DNA of 63,981 bases, filler included, from Piptocephalis cylindrospora (Eukaryota): assembly GCA_003614145.1 (NCBI GenBank). It is 7 parts of 7 records of this genome, joined end to end, with 100 filler letters (N's around TTAATTAATTAA, not from the genome) between each part and the next. Parts side by side here need not be neighbours in the genome. Positions count along the whole stretch, not along the records: positions 9,385 to 18,659 come from KZ988098.1; positions 18,760 to 27,980 come from KZ988099.1; 5 more parts are not named here. One strand, 5' to 3'. The position numbers and the translations under genes were made by a program. This document shows positions 10,864 to 21,810 of the stretch, piece after piece. Numbering within the stretch: the first letter of the stretch is position 1; every line of letters starts with the position of its first letter. The notes beneath the pieces are model-generated. The model was not told the origin of the DNA. It worked only from the letters and a program-made list of their open reading frames with translations, and did no database searches.

Positions 10864-11945
10864 TGTAGCAGTGGATTGAGAAAAAGGGTGGGTAGAGGTC
10901 GTGGGACCTAATAGATATGTAAGCACAGATTGCTACGGATAATTAAAGGCACCAGGCTCAGATGGAAGGGAGGAAGCTGGACAAAGAAGGTGAAATGGGG
11001 GATTGAGGGGAGAATAAAAGAACGGGAGAATATAGGGAGGAAAGGGAGGATGAACAGTGGTGTTAGAATTATTTTGTACATACCTTGAGGCAAATCCCAA
11101 CAGCACCAGTGAGAAGACCATTGGAGAAGAATGGATTGGTCTGGTCTCTGGGATGGGAAAAGCTGGGCTGGGAGAGGTCAGTTCATCCTGCACAGGATCG
11201 TCCAGGAGGGCATTCCTTGCACCTGAAGAAAGAGGAAGGCCAATCCCCCCTCCCCACTACCTAACAGAGCAGGCGTGTGTGGCAAGAGCGCGTGTATAGG
11301 CCTCCCCTACTTTTTACCCTATGTCTCACTCCACTCTCAGCACACACACAAACACACACGCCTTAGGGCTGCCAAAGCTTTACAACCTCCACCCAAATGT
11401 CAATCATCTTTCCCAGACCCATTCACTATATTGGTACTCCGACTTCAACTCCGGTCGAATCAGCCGATCCTGATTTGACTCCGCTAGCAGAAACTCCGAT
11501 ATGGTGATTCGGCTTTTCAAGGGACAAATGAGGTTCAGCAGCAAGGCTTGGTAGCTGAGCACCCTCATTAGATGCAGCATGCAGGGCGAACCCTGCTCTC
11601 TCCTTAGCCGCCCAAGGATAGGGCAGCCATCGTTCCTCAGACGCTTAGGATTAGCCTTATCCTCACAGCATACTAATGGCTAGCGCTTGGATCTTCTTTA
11701 CTTCACTACCTCCACATCTCTCCTCTTTTCCAAAAAGACTAAAAGTATCCCCTGTTCTTGCCTGGTGCAAACCCTCCTCCTACACTCCTCGTCCATCCAA
11801 TGCTAAGAATGTTCGGTCTATCGCTAAGCCTCTCAAGCATCCTGCCATTCCTTGTACAAGGCGCGCAACCAAACTCAAGGATAGTATACGTCTCCTCCGC
11901 ACACCATCTCCTCTTTTCCTCTCTTCCCCTTGAATCTAATACGAG

Positions 11946-13168
11946 ATGCCCACTCAACAAGGAGATACAACGTACGAAGAGACGGTAACACACTTTCGGG
12001 ACCTTGTCTCGACCCGATCGCTCCCGTTCCCGGTGGCAGCGTTTGCCTCACTCCTTGAGCATGCGCGACGCTCACAAGCCCTGACGATCTCGGAACTGAC
12101 GCACTCATTGTCCGAGGCCTCCACGCACCTTCGCCTAGCTGTTTCGGGTAGCTGGCCACTTGAAGCGGGATGCATGCTCTTTAAGCGCTTCTTTGCCACG
12201 GTCACGGCCAATAGCGTGGACCTAGAGATGGGACGACGGGACCTTCTTCGACGGGGGGATCAGTATGTGGCCACGGCCTGTACAGCTCGGGAGACGATTG
12301 CTGGGCTTGCCGCCAATTTTATCAAGGATGATACGGTAGGTTCATCATGGAGCATGGGATTAAAAGGCCTACGATTTGACTTATCCTTTCCTCATCCAAC
12401 GCTCCTGGAATAGACTATCCTCCTTCATTCATACTCTAGGGTCATCTTGGCCTTGTTGGAAGAAGCACTACGGAAGGGGAAGCGCTTTTCCGTCCTTGTC
12501 GCCGAGGCATCCCCGACGTGCTCGGGGAAGGAGACGGCCAAGGTTCTGAAGTCTATGGGGGTTACCGTACGATTGATCCCGGACGCAGCAGTAGCAGCTC
12601 TGATCCACATGGTGGATGCGGTGTGGTTGGGGGCTGAGGCTGTAGCGGAAAATGGAGGCTTAGTGAGTCAGGTAGGCACTAGACAGCTGGCCGTCGTGGC
12701 CAAAGAGGCCAGTAAACCGTTGTTTGCCGCCGTGGAAAGGTAAGATTATCCATTATATATACATGGCCTGTTGAGTGTTGAGGGCGTATTTTTAGCGCTC
12801 ATCTTTTCTTTACATCCCATCATTCCCTCTTGTCATGATCAGTTATAAATTTGTCCGGAAACTCCCGTTGGGTCAAGCGGATCTTCCGGTTGATGCGCCT
12901 ACGGCCCTGCAAGCACAAGGGGAATCCCCGGGGAATGAGGCCTCCAAGGATACTCAACCGGATGGAGAAGAAGATATTGAGGTAAGGGAAGAGATATCCC
13001 AAGTGGAGGATGGGAACCATGGTTTGATCTAAACTTACATTCCTCCTATAGTGGATCAAGCCAGCCATCGACTTTACACCTCCGGAGCTGGTGACCCTCC
13101 TGGTCACGGATCTTGGGGTCATGGCCCCCTCCGCTGTTGGAGATGAGCTCTTCCGCATTTATGGTTAG
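11946..13168 (+). CDS. GCN3: Translation initiation factor eIF2B alpha subunit; exons ~11946-12335, 12414-12739, 12843-12981, 13052-13168
   Basis: Motifs [42 protein letters not shown] and [32 protein letters not shown] introns. Confidence 0.93.
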
Positions 13169-13861
13169 ATGGATGGGTGGTGATGAACGTTATCGGCTCT
13201 TCTGGATTCTACGATACAAGTCTTTTCTCCTTGCTCTCTTGTCATTGTTCATATTGTCATTACCTAAGGCTTACTATGGTAGAGAATGGCTTTTTTGGCT
13301 TTTTTTGACAAGATATGGCTCGGTTTTCCATTGTCGTCATGGCACTACGGCTAGAGCCATGTCACGTTCTCCACTTTATTAAAGAAAACCTTCAGCATGA
13401 TCGATCATCCCCCCACACCCTAGTCTTTTATCCATGATACAACTAGAAAAAATCGCTCTTGCTTCCATCAGCTAAACTCACTTTCCATCACCTCCCACTC
13501 CAGCTCTCTTCATATCACGCTTAAGCACAATATTTAGTAAGTCCCGATGCTCTCTATACAAGACGTATGATTTATCATCTAAGAGAATGAAATAGCATAT
13601 TGCGCACACATTCCCCCCCCCCCTCTCAAGTTGGTAGGACAGAAGGGTGCGTCACACCAATAATAATGAAGCCGTGCCAGCGACACCACGTGAATCCCCA
13701 TGTATAAATCCAGGGTTCAACACACAGGGAGGGGATATGATGACATGGGCTAACCCAACAGTCTTCGAATTCCTAAGGCATTTTATCCATCCTCTTTCCC
13801 ACCTTTCCAACCCTCCTTGCCCGCCATCCTCTCATCTCCTCTTACCGTACCTTCAACAGCC

Positions 13862-15680
13862 ATGGACTCCTTCTTAGGCCTACCCTTCTTGGCCCTGACC
13901 GATAGTTACAAGATCTCCCATCCCGAGGTGTATCCCAAGGCCCGAAAGATGGTGGCGTATGGAGAGTTCCGTAAGGCCTTCCAGGGGGATGAAGAAGACC
14001 ATAGAATCGTCTTTTACGGTCTGCGGTATATTGTTGACCGGTACCTGCGACACCAATGGACCCAGGAAGAGGTGGAACGGGCTGCAGATTTTTTCTCCAC
14101 CCACGGGGCCGGTGGAAAGCCTTTCCCCTTTCCCCGGGATCTCTTTGACCACATTGTCCAGGAGCACAATGGGACCTTCCCCGTAAGGATTGAGGCCCTA
14201 CGCGAGGGCTCAGTGTGCTACCCACATGTTCCGGTTTACCAGATTATCGCCGAGGGGGAATTTGCCCGTTTGGTCACCTTCCTCGAAACCCTCCTGACCA
14301 TGGTCTGGTATCCTTCCACGGTCGCCACCCTTTCCCGACGTACTCGGACTCTCATTGAGGAAAAATATGCTCTTTCTGTGGACCCTGAGGCCTATGGCTC
14401 GCTTGGGAGTCGGTTGAATGATTTTGGCTTTCGGGGCTGTAGCTGTGTGGAGCAAGCCGTCCTTGGTGGATGTGCTCATCTGGTCAGTATGAGATGGGAC
14501 GGACTGGGATGGGGATAAAGACAACTGGGCTCATCTCTCACCCCACGGATGGGCTATATAGCTGAACTTTGAGGGGACAGACACCCTTGCCGCGGCTTAC
14601 TATGCTCAATACCATTTGAATGAGGGTAGACCAGTGGGGATGTCCATCCCAGCCACTGAGCACTCTGTCATGACTGCATTTAGGACCGAGAGGGTAAGAC
14701 AGTGAATGGCAGGGGATGGGAATATCCCTCTTTGCGTGCACCACTCATCCCCTGCTATTATCTTTAGGACGCTATCCTTCGTATGATCGACTTGTACGGG
14801 GAAGGGGCATTTGCCTGTGTCATGGACTCGTATGATTATGTCAAGGCCCTAAAGCAAGTGCTACCTACCGTCATGGATGCCAAGTGGGAAAAAGGGGGTT
14901 TTATGGTCTTACGCCCCGATAGTGGTGATCCCACTCAAGCCGTCATCCTAGCCTTAAAGTAGGTCTCCATAGCTGATATCTCCCCGGCTGTCTAAACTCA
15001 TTCTTATCCTATCTCATAGGGCTGCTGATGAGGTGGCGGGTAGCAAGGTGAATGGGAAGGGATATAAGGTCCTTCGGGGTATGGGGGTGATCCAGGGAGA
15101 TGGGGTGGATTATGCCAAGTGTCAGGGGATCTTGGATGCTGTCCTCGCCGCTGGCTACTCTGCCGAAAATGTGGCTTTTGGAATGGGAGGAGGTCTACTC
15201 CAGGTAAGACTGGATCAACATGAAGATTATGATATGTATCTCTGCGTCACACTCACCCTCTCATACCCCTTATACATGTAGAAAGTGAATAGGGACACTA
15301 TGAGCTTCGCTACCAAACTCTCCCATATTACCTATGGTAATGGGGAGAGGAGGGATGTGATGAAGACACCCAAGACTGATAAGGGCAAATTCTCCCTGCC
15401 TGGGGAGTTGGTTGTTCAAGTGAACGATCAGATCAAAGGAGGCCTGACGGTTCGACCCAAAGAGGAGGTGGGACCAGAGGAGAAGACCGAGTGGGAGGTG
15501 GTGTATGACCATGGAAAAGTCTGTGAATGGGAGAACTTTGATCAGGTGCGTCAACGGTTAAACGAGCAATGGTCCATTCGTCCCCGTACCTGCGATGTAA
15601 TATCTCCTGGCTTGCACGCCAAGGTGGCTCGGGTCATCCAGGAGATGAAGGAACGGGGCACCACTGATGCCGAGGAATGA
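13862..15680 (+). CDS. NAMPT: Nicotinamide phosphoribosyltransferase; exons ~13862-14482, 14562-14693, 14768-14958, 15020-15203, 15282-15680
   Basis: Motifs TDSYKISH, DFGFRG, AHLLNFEGTDT, SIPATEHS, VMDSYD, LRPDSGDP, VIQGDGV and FGMGGGLLQKVNRDT, all characteristic of NAMPT/NadV. Confidence 0.93.
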
Positions 15681-16061
15681 CACTCAAGGGCGATCGATAC
15701 TGGAAAGAGCTTGAATAAAATGTAGAGTGGATGGGGTTTATCGATGTGCGAAAGAAGAAGGAATTGATCGAGGATTGATGTTTTGCCAAATGGTTCTTTT
15801 ATCGATATACCGTGATACGATGCGGGACACTTGCGATAAGTGTCCATCTTTCTGATATGAATGACGTGAAGGTGCAACAAACAAAGGAAATAAAGATGGA
15901 TCTTCACGAATACAGAATGAGGATGCTGTAGCCGTTGAGTACGAGATAATATATAAGGACAAGGTGTAACGGGCGGGGAGGAACCGCTGACCAGAGTTCA
16001 TTCCTCCTTTCTCTCCCTCCCTCTCAGATGATCATAAAGGGAAGGGTGTGATTTTGGCATC

Positions 16062-16244
16062 TCATGGACTGGCCGTATACAGCTTAAGGTGCACGGTAGG
16101 GGCGGGGTCGGGGCTTTCTAACAGATGGTCATAGAGGTCCATACCGGCAGTGACTGGTGCGACGAAGGAGGGGAGGGAGATGGCAAGGACAAGGAATGGC
16201 AGGATGCTTGAGAGGCTTAGCGATAGACCGAACATTCTTAGCAT
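16062..16244 (-). CDS. Short signal-peptide ORF (60 aa), possibly a truncated secreted-protein gene
   Basis: MLRMFGLSLSLSSILPFLVLAISLPSFVAPVTAG is signal-like. The left-arm copy (ATG 11800) is cut mid-signal at 11855. Confidence 0.4.
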   Translation of the reverse strand: MLRMFGLSLSLSSILPFLVLAISLPSFVAPVTAGMDLYDHLLESPDPAPTVHLKLYTASP

Positions 16245-18659
16245 TGGATGGACGAGGAGTGTAGGAGGAGGGTTTGCACCAGGCAAGAACAGGGGATACT
16301 TTTAGTCTTTTTGGAAAAGAGGAGAGATGTGGAGGTAGTGAAGTAAAGAAGATCCAAGCGCTAGCCATTAGTATGCTGTGAGGATAAGGCTAATCCTAAG
16401 CGTCTGAGGAACGATGGCTGCCCTATCCTTGGGCGGCTAAGGAGAGAGCAGGGTTCGCCCTGCATGCTGCATCTAATGAGGGTGCTCAGCTACCAAGCCT
16501 TGCTGCTGAACCTCATTTGTCCCTTGAAAAGCCGAATCACCATATCGGAGTTTCTGCTAGCGGAGTCAAATCAGGATCGGCTGATTCGACCGGAGTTGAA
16601 GTCGGAGTACCAATATAGTGAATGGGTCTGGGAAAGATGATTGACATTTGGGTGGAGGTTGTAAAGCTTTGGCAGCCCTAAGGCGTGTGTGTTTGTGTGT
16701 GTGCTGAGAGTGGAGTGAGACATAGGGTAAAAAGTAGGGGAGGCCTATACACGCGCTCTTGCCACACACGCCTGCTCTGTTAGGTAGTGGGGAGGGGGGA
16801 TTGGCCTTCCTCTTTCTTCAGGTGCAAGGAATGCCCTCCTGGACGATCCTGTGCAGGATGAACTGACCTCTCCCAGCCCAGCTTTTCCCATCCCAGAGAC
16901 CAGACCAATCCATTCTTCTCCAATGGTCTTCTCACTGGTGCTGTTGGGATTTGCCTCAAGGTATGTACAAAATAATTCTAACACCACTGTTCATCCTCCC
17001 TTTCCTCCCTATATTCTCCCGTTCTTTTATTCTCCCCTCAATCCCCCATTTCACCTTCTTTGTCCAGCTTCCTCCCTTCCATCTGAGCCTGGTGCCTTTA
17101 ATTATCCGTAGCAATCTGTGCTTACATATCTATTAGGTCCCACGACCTCTACCCACCCTTTTTCTCAATCCACTGCTACAATGTCCGAGACGGGAGACTA
17201 CATCCGTAGGAGCTTGTTCCTCCACCTCAATGTCGGGGTCATGTTCTCGACAACAGCCATTGTCATCTTTATCACTTCTCTCTACCACAGTGCCAGACTG
17301 CTGTACAAGGAACGGGCCATCCCGTATGCCCTTTTCTTCCTTGGAAGCATCACCGGCTTTATCGCCGCCCTCTCCACCACCATTTACTATTTTTCTTACA
17401 ACGTTCCATGTGGCTTCCAGGCCTACATGGCCTTAATAGCTGCTCATATTGTCCCCACCACTTGTCAATTCATCGCACTCCTTTGTCTCTATCGCCTCCA
17501 TCGCACCGGGATCATCTCCCTCGTGGCCGGGTCCATCTTCATCATCGGAAAATTTGTCCCGTGGGCCTACTGCATCAGTCGGTATCCTCATCCCGTTCCT
17601 ACCCCCGTTGGCGTCTGTGCCTCCCTCCATCTCCCCCCCTCCTGGTACATTGTCATCGGTTTCGAGGTATTCACTTCCCTGGCCATAGCCCTCATCTACC
17701 TCGTCATCGTTTATCGGATCTCCCGGTTCCAGGGTATTCCTATCCTCAAGGCTGTTCGTCAACGCGAAGTGGGATACTTTATTGGTCTCGGCCTCTTCGG
17801 CACGGTCATCCTTCTTCTCACCCTCATCGACGCCGGTAACCCCTCCTTTTTCCAGCTCCCCTATGAAATCTACTGGATCTTCACCTCCAAATTTACCTGT
17901 GAGGCTCTCATCGCCATACATCGATCTGCGCCTTTTGGTTCCTGCTTTGGTGAGGCTGGATCCCCCAACAATCCCAACCATCCCCTTGATCCTTCCGCTT
18001 CTACCTCCAACTTCTCCTCTCATCCCCGGTCTGGAGTCCAGACCGGCATGGATAAAAGCTACGGCGCCTATCAAGATGATCAGACCCGGCTTAGTGATAC
18101 CTTTCAGCAGGAAGTCCAGTTGAACTCGGTTTCATGAGGCCTTTTCCCCACTCCCCCTTCCCCATGCGCTGTATTTCCCGCCATGGCCCTTCCTTTCTCT
18201 CTTGATCGTGTGCGGTATTATGTTGAAGAGTTTAATAGTTAAGTCACTTCTTTTTACTGGTACCTTAACCAACCAATAATTACGATCTCGTTTGGAATGA
18301 TAGAAGAGGAACACCATCCAATCTGATTAATAGATAGTATGGACTCTACGCATTATCAGCGATAGGCAGTGTATGTGTGCTGGTTTTCCGTTCTACATGA
18401 GCCATAATGACAATGGAAGGTCTCTCGATCTCGGGCAGATATGGAGTGCTTTCTTGAGCATGAACTCTAATTGGGCATAAAAGATGACCCAAATAATGAC
18501 AATAGAATGAACAATTATCCCTTGTACAAATCCAACATGGATTAGTTCAGGAGACCATGCAACGCGTATATAGTCTATACAAGAGATCATTGACATGAAA
18601 GGAATGACATTTGGGTGGAGGTTGTAAAGCTTTGGCAGCCCTAAGGCGTGTGTGTTTGT
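16189..18659 (-). repeat. Right arm of the 2471-bp inverted duplication
   Basis: Reverse complement of 9385-11855; runs to the contig end. Confidence 0.97.
17181..18137 (+). CDS. Orphan seven-transmembrane GPCR-like protein (copy 2, identical translation)
   Basis: Same translation as 9907-10863. Confidence 0.8.
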   Translation: MSETGDYIRRSLFLHLNVGVMFSTTAIVIFITSLYHSARLLYKERAIPYALFFLGSITGFIAALSTTIYYFSYNVPCGFQAYMALIAAHIVPTTCQFIALLCLYRLHRTGIISLVAGSIFIIGKFVPWAYCISRYPHPVPTPVGVCASLHLPPSWYIVIGFEVFTSLAIALIYLVIVYRISRFQGIPILKAVRQREVGYFIGLGLFGTVILLLTLIDAGNPSFFQLPYEIYWIFTSKFTCEALIAIHRSAPFGSCFGEAGSPNNPNHPLDPSASTSNFSSHPRSGVQTGMDKSYGAYQDDQTRLSDTFQQEVQLNSVS

Positions 18660-18759
18660 NNNNNNNNNNNNNNNNNNNNNNNNNNNNNNNNNNNNNNNNN
18701 NNNTTAATTAATTAANNNNNNNNNNNNNNNNNNNNNNNNNNNNNNNNNNNNNNNNNNNN

Positions 18760-19235
18760 TTTGCACCTGATCCCGTCTCCTCGAGAGCTGTGGGGTGGGC
18801 CTTTGAGGAGGAGGAGGAGGCTTCGGAGGATTGGGCAGGGATTTTGGGGGTATCGGAGGCGATGGTGGAATCTGGGGGATCCTCACCCACTTGGGTGGAT
18901 GGGGCAGCTGAATGATTCCTGGAAACAGAGGAGGAGGATGAGGAGGAGGAGATGAGGGAGGAAGGGGGAATGGCCGTGGTGGATGCGCACGATTTCACAT
19001 CGGAAGGTTCGACAAGGGAAGGGCTAGTCTCTGTGGTGGAGGAGGCACCGGTGACCTGGGTCATTTCCAGAGGAGAAGTGGACGTGGCCTCATCTCCCTC
19101 TACCTTGACTGGATGATCGGAGCCATTTGACGAGGAGGAGGAGGAGGAGGAGCGGGTATCTGTGACCTGGATGGCAATGGGGCCTGGGATAGTCTGGGAG
19201 GGATCAGAGGAGACTGGGGAGTTTGCATCGGTCAT
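18760..19235 (-). CDS. Ser/Thr-rich N-terminal half of the UBL3/MUB gene, inverted relative to its C-terminal half
   Basis: Ends at the contig edge with SSSKAHPTALEETGSGA. The same 55 nt reappear on + at 20712-20766 and continue into the Ubl domain. Confidence 0.7.
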
Positions 19236-19845
19236 GGTGCTTCACCCACGCTTATAATTGAATGGGGAGAGGTAAGGGGGGAAAAAGAGAAGGGTGAGAG
19301 GATTTCAGTCTCACTGTAGGTCGACAGCGTGACCTAGACGACTATGGAGTGGGAGTCAAGACGATCAAGCGAGCAACAGAGTCGGTCGACGACCACGACA
19401 AAAAAGAGGTAGGGGTAAGGGTAAGGAGGGCGGGGGAGGAAAGGAGGGCGTTGAGAAGGGTATCGATGGAGGAACAGAAAAAGAGAGAGAGAGAGAGAGA
19501 GTATTGAAAAGAAGGCGATCTGGTTGTTCTGGTTAGGGTAGAAGAGAGGCTACTGAGTGAGAGAGAGGAATGAGGGGGAAAGAAAAGGGGGAGAGAGTGG
19601 GAGGCAATGAAGGAGTCTCATGATACTGGTTGGTTGGGGAGGATATGGCTAGGTCGCTGATATCTGAATGTCGTTGAAAGTGCGCTGTGTCTGTGTGCGC
19701 TGGGGCGAGCACGGAAAGGGACTGGAGTAGGCGCGTGTGGGAAGGAATGATTGATTTGCGAGGGCCAAGGGAGAGCTTCAAGGAAGGTGGGACAAGCCCT
19801 GAGATGTGAGGGGTTTTGAATGTGTGAATGCATGAAAGTTTATTG

Positions 19846-19886
<41 letters not shown>

Positions 19887-19915
19887 TTACTACTACTACT
19901 ACTGCTACTACTACA
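19846..19915. repeat. (TAC)n microsatellite
   Basis: About 23 near-perfect TAC units. Confidence 0.95.
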
Positions 19916-20511
19916 GTATTTCTGTTGGTACTTGCCAACTCGAGGGACAGGAGCGGAAGACGGGAGCGGAGGGAGGGCAGAGGATGGGGCCAGAGGCAGG
20001 ATGACAGGATGGATGAGTAGGAGGTATGTGTGTATTCAGGAATCGACTCTGCGCAGTACATCCGACCCATGTGCCGACTCTCTAGCCACTTGAGCTATCA
20101 CATCTTCCAGGGCTCGGCTGGATGTGTGCGGGGCTGTGCATGTGTGCGTGTGTGTGTGTGAGGAGGGAAAAGCAGGGATGCGAAGAACAAGGGATCTTCC
20201 ATGATCCTTCCTCAAGGATTGAATACAAGATATTCTTGTTTGTCCTTGCCATGAATGATGGATTTGTTGCGTGGATCAAGTGGAATATCAAGAGAGAGAG
20301 AGAGAGAGAGGGGAGGGAGATAGCTGATCTGTGGCCACTGATCAGAGTATGTCAAAGGATGAGAAGTGGATTGAACAATCAATATCAGATCATACGCTTT
20401 AAATGCCCCCAATAAGCCATCCAAGGATTGCACTTGGTCATCTTTGAAAAGCTCTAGCCTTTAAAATACTACTGTAAATTCCTGTCTCATCCATTAGAAT
20501 TACCCAGCCCT

Positions 20512-20567
20512 TAGGAATTTAGATCCATATCCCAACCCCTAGGAATTCAGATTCATATCCCAACCCC
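20512..20567. repeat. 28-bp tandem duplication (2 mismatches)
   Basis: TAGGAATTTAGATCCATATCCCAACCCC followed by TAGGAATTCAGATTCATATCCCAACCCC. Confidence 0.85.
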
Positions 20568-20711
20568 AGTACAACGTCCACTTATCCACATGAATGGCCC
20601 AGGACCCATCTTACCTCTGCTTTCTTCCATCACCTACACCCCTCCCCTCCTCGTCCACCATGTCCCCAGATCCCCCGCCTAAACCCACTATCCTCCTCAG
20701 CCCCCCCTGCC

Positions 20712-21363
20712 CCTCCTCCTCAAAGGCCCACCCCACAGCTCTCGAGGAGACGGGATCAGGTGCAAAGCCAAAGCTGGGTGATGAGGGAGATTGTGCCGTG
20801 ACCTTTCTCCTAGCCTCGGGTCATCGAATGACCCTTCACTTTCCCCCAGATGTCACTATCGATCAAGCTCGTCAGGCTCTTTATTCTCGATGGCCTGAGG
20901 GTAAGTGAACACCATCCTCCCCTCCTCCTCCTGAATATTTACCTCTCTTGGCTTGAAAGACCATGAATGGATTCCCTGCTGGGGGGGCCATCATTAGAGC
21001 ATACCACATCATAATGAATTACTAAACCCCCTCATCATCACCCATCCTGTCTCACTAGATTGGGAGGATCAAGCTCCTTCCTCGGCCTCCTTACTTAAAA
21101 TCATCTATTTTGGTCGATTCCTCGAGAACTCCTCCACTCTTGCTGGTAAGGCTAGCTTCTAAGCTGATCACACTGTCTTCTTATCAAAGTGACTCTCCCA
21201 CGACACGACTCATCTCATACTCTTCCCATTAGATAATAAGCTGGGCCCGGGTACCCCCAACATTGTGCATGTGAGCATCAAGTTGAAAGCTCCCTCCCTC
21301 AAGGACTCCCCCGTCAAAGGGGATGTCACCAGTCCAAAATGTTGCCCCTGCTCCATTCTGTAG
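20712..21363 (+). CDS. UBL3: Membrane-anchored ubiquitin-fold protein (UBL3/MUB), C-terminal part; exons to 20900, 21059-21145, 21233-21363
   Basis: Spliced translation VTFLLASGHR...SRWPEDWEDQAPSSASLLKIIYFGRFLENSSTL...IVHVSIK, ending KCCPCSIL* (CaaX). Confidence 0.85.
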
Positions 21364-21810
21364 CCTTTTTTTCCTCCCCTCTCCCCTTCTCTTCTCGGTA
21401 CCCCCTCTTGCCATAAACCCCTCTCATGTCACTCCCCTCCTTTTGTTGTCTGGAGTTTGGAGGGCGCTCTTCTTGATGCTGTCGATGCCTCCGTTTGTTC
21501 CTTCCCTCCATCCCCACCCTTTTTTCTTTCCTCTCTTCCTCTCCCTTTCCCGTCCCCTCCTCCTCTTCTCAGTCACCTGAAAGCCATTTTTTTACCCCGT
21601 AGGAATATTGACCTCTTTTTCTTCTTCTCATCTTCACTCTCAAAGAGGAGAGCGGCCGCTGCTCGTTTCGTAGGGTTGGTTTGTGTCCTACTTGCATCGC
21701 TACAGTCAATCCATAATAAAAATTCAAATCAACATAGCAGCATCTATCCCTACACAATCACACACGAACACACACACACATGCATGTGTGTGTGTGTGTA
21801 TGTAGATTAT

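Larger units (their letters stand above)
9385..11855 (+). repeat. Left arm of a 2471-bp inverted duplication (partner 16189-18659)
   Basis: All mirrored coordinates sum to 28044 and the ORF translations are identical. Identity ends after ...CATTCCTTGT. Confidence 0.97.

Noticed and set aside
984..15680. Metabolic cluster of ADI1, an eIF2B/MtnA-like gene and NAMPT
   Set aside because: ADI1 is on a different contig, and the eIF2B-family gene has GCN3 motifs rather than those of methylthioribose-1-phosphate isomerase.
9385..18659. Composite transposon or Starship-like element carrying GCN3 and NAMPT
   Set aside because: No transposase or recombinase and no visible target-site duplication. The arms look identical and end at contig edges with k-mer-sized overlaps, so it is not called as a mobile element.
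20594..20711. MAQDPSY... as the true UBL3 start
   Set aside because: It lies upstream of the 55-bp inversion junction; the matching N-terminus is at 18760-19235 on the minus strand.
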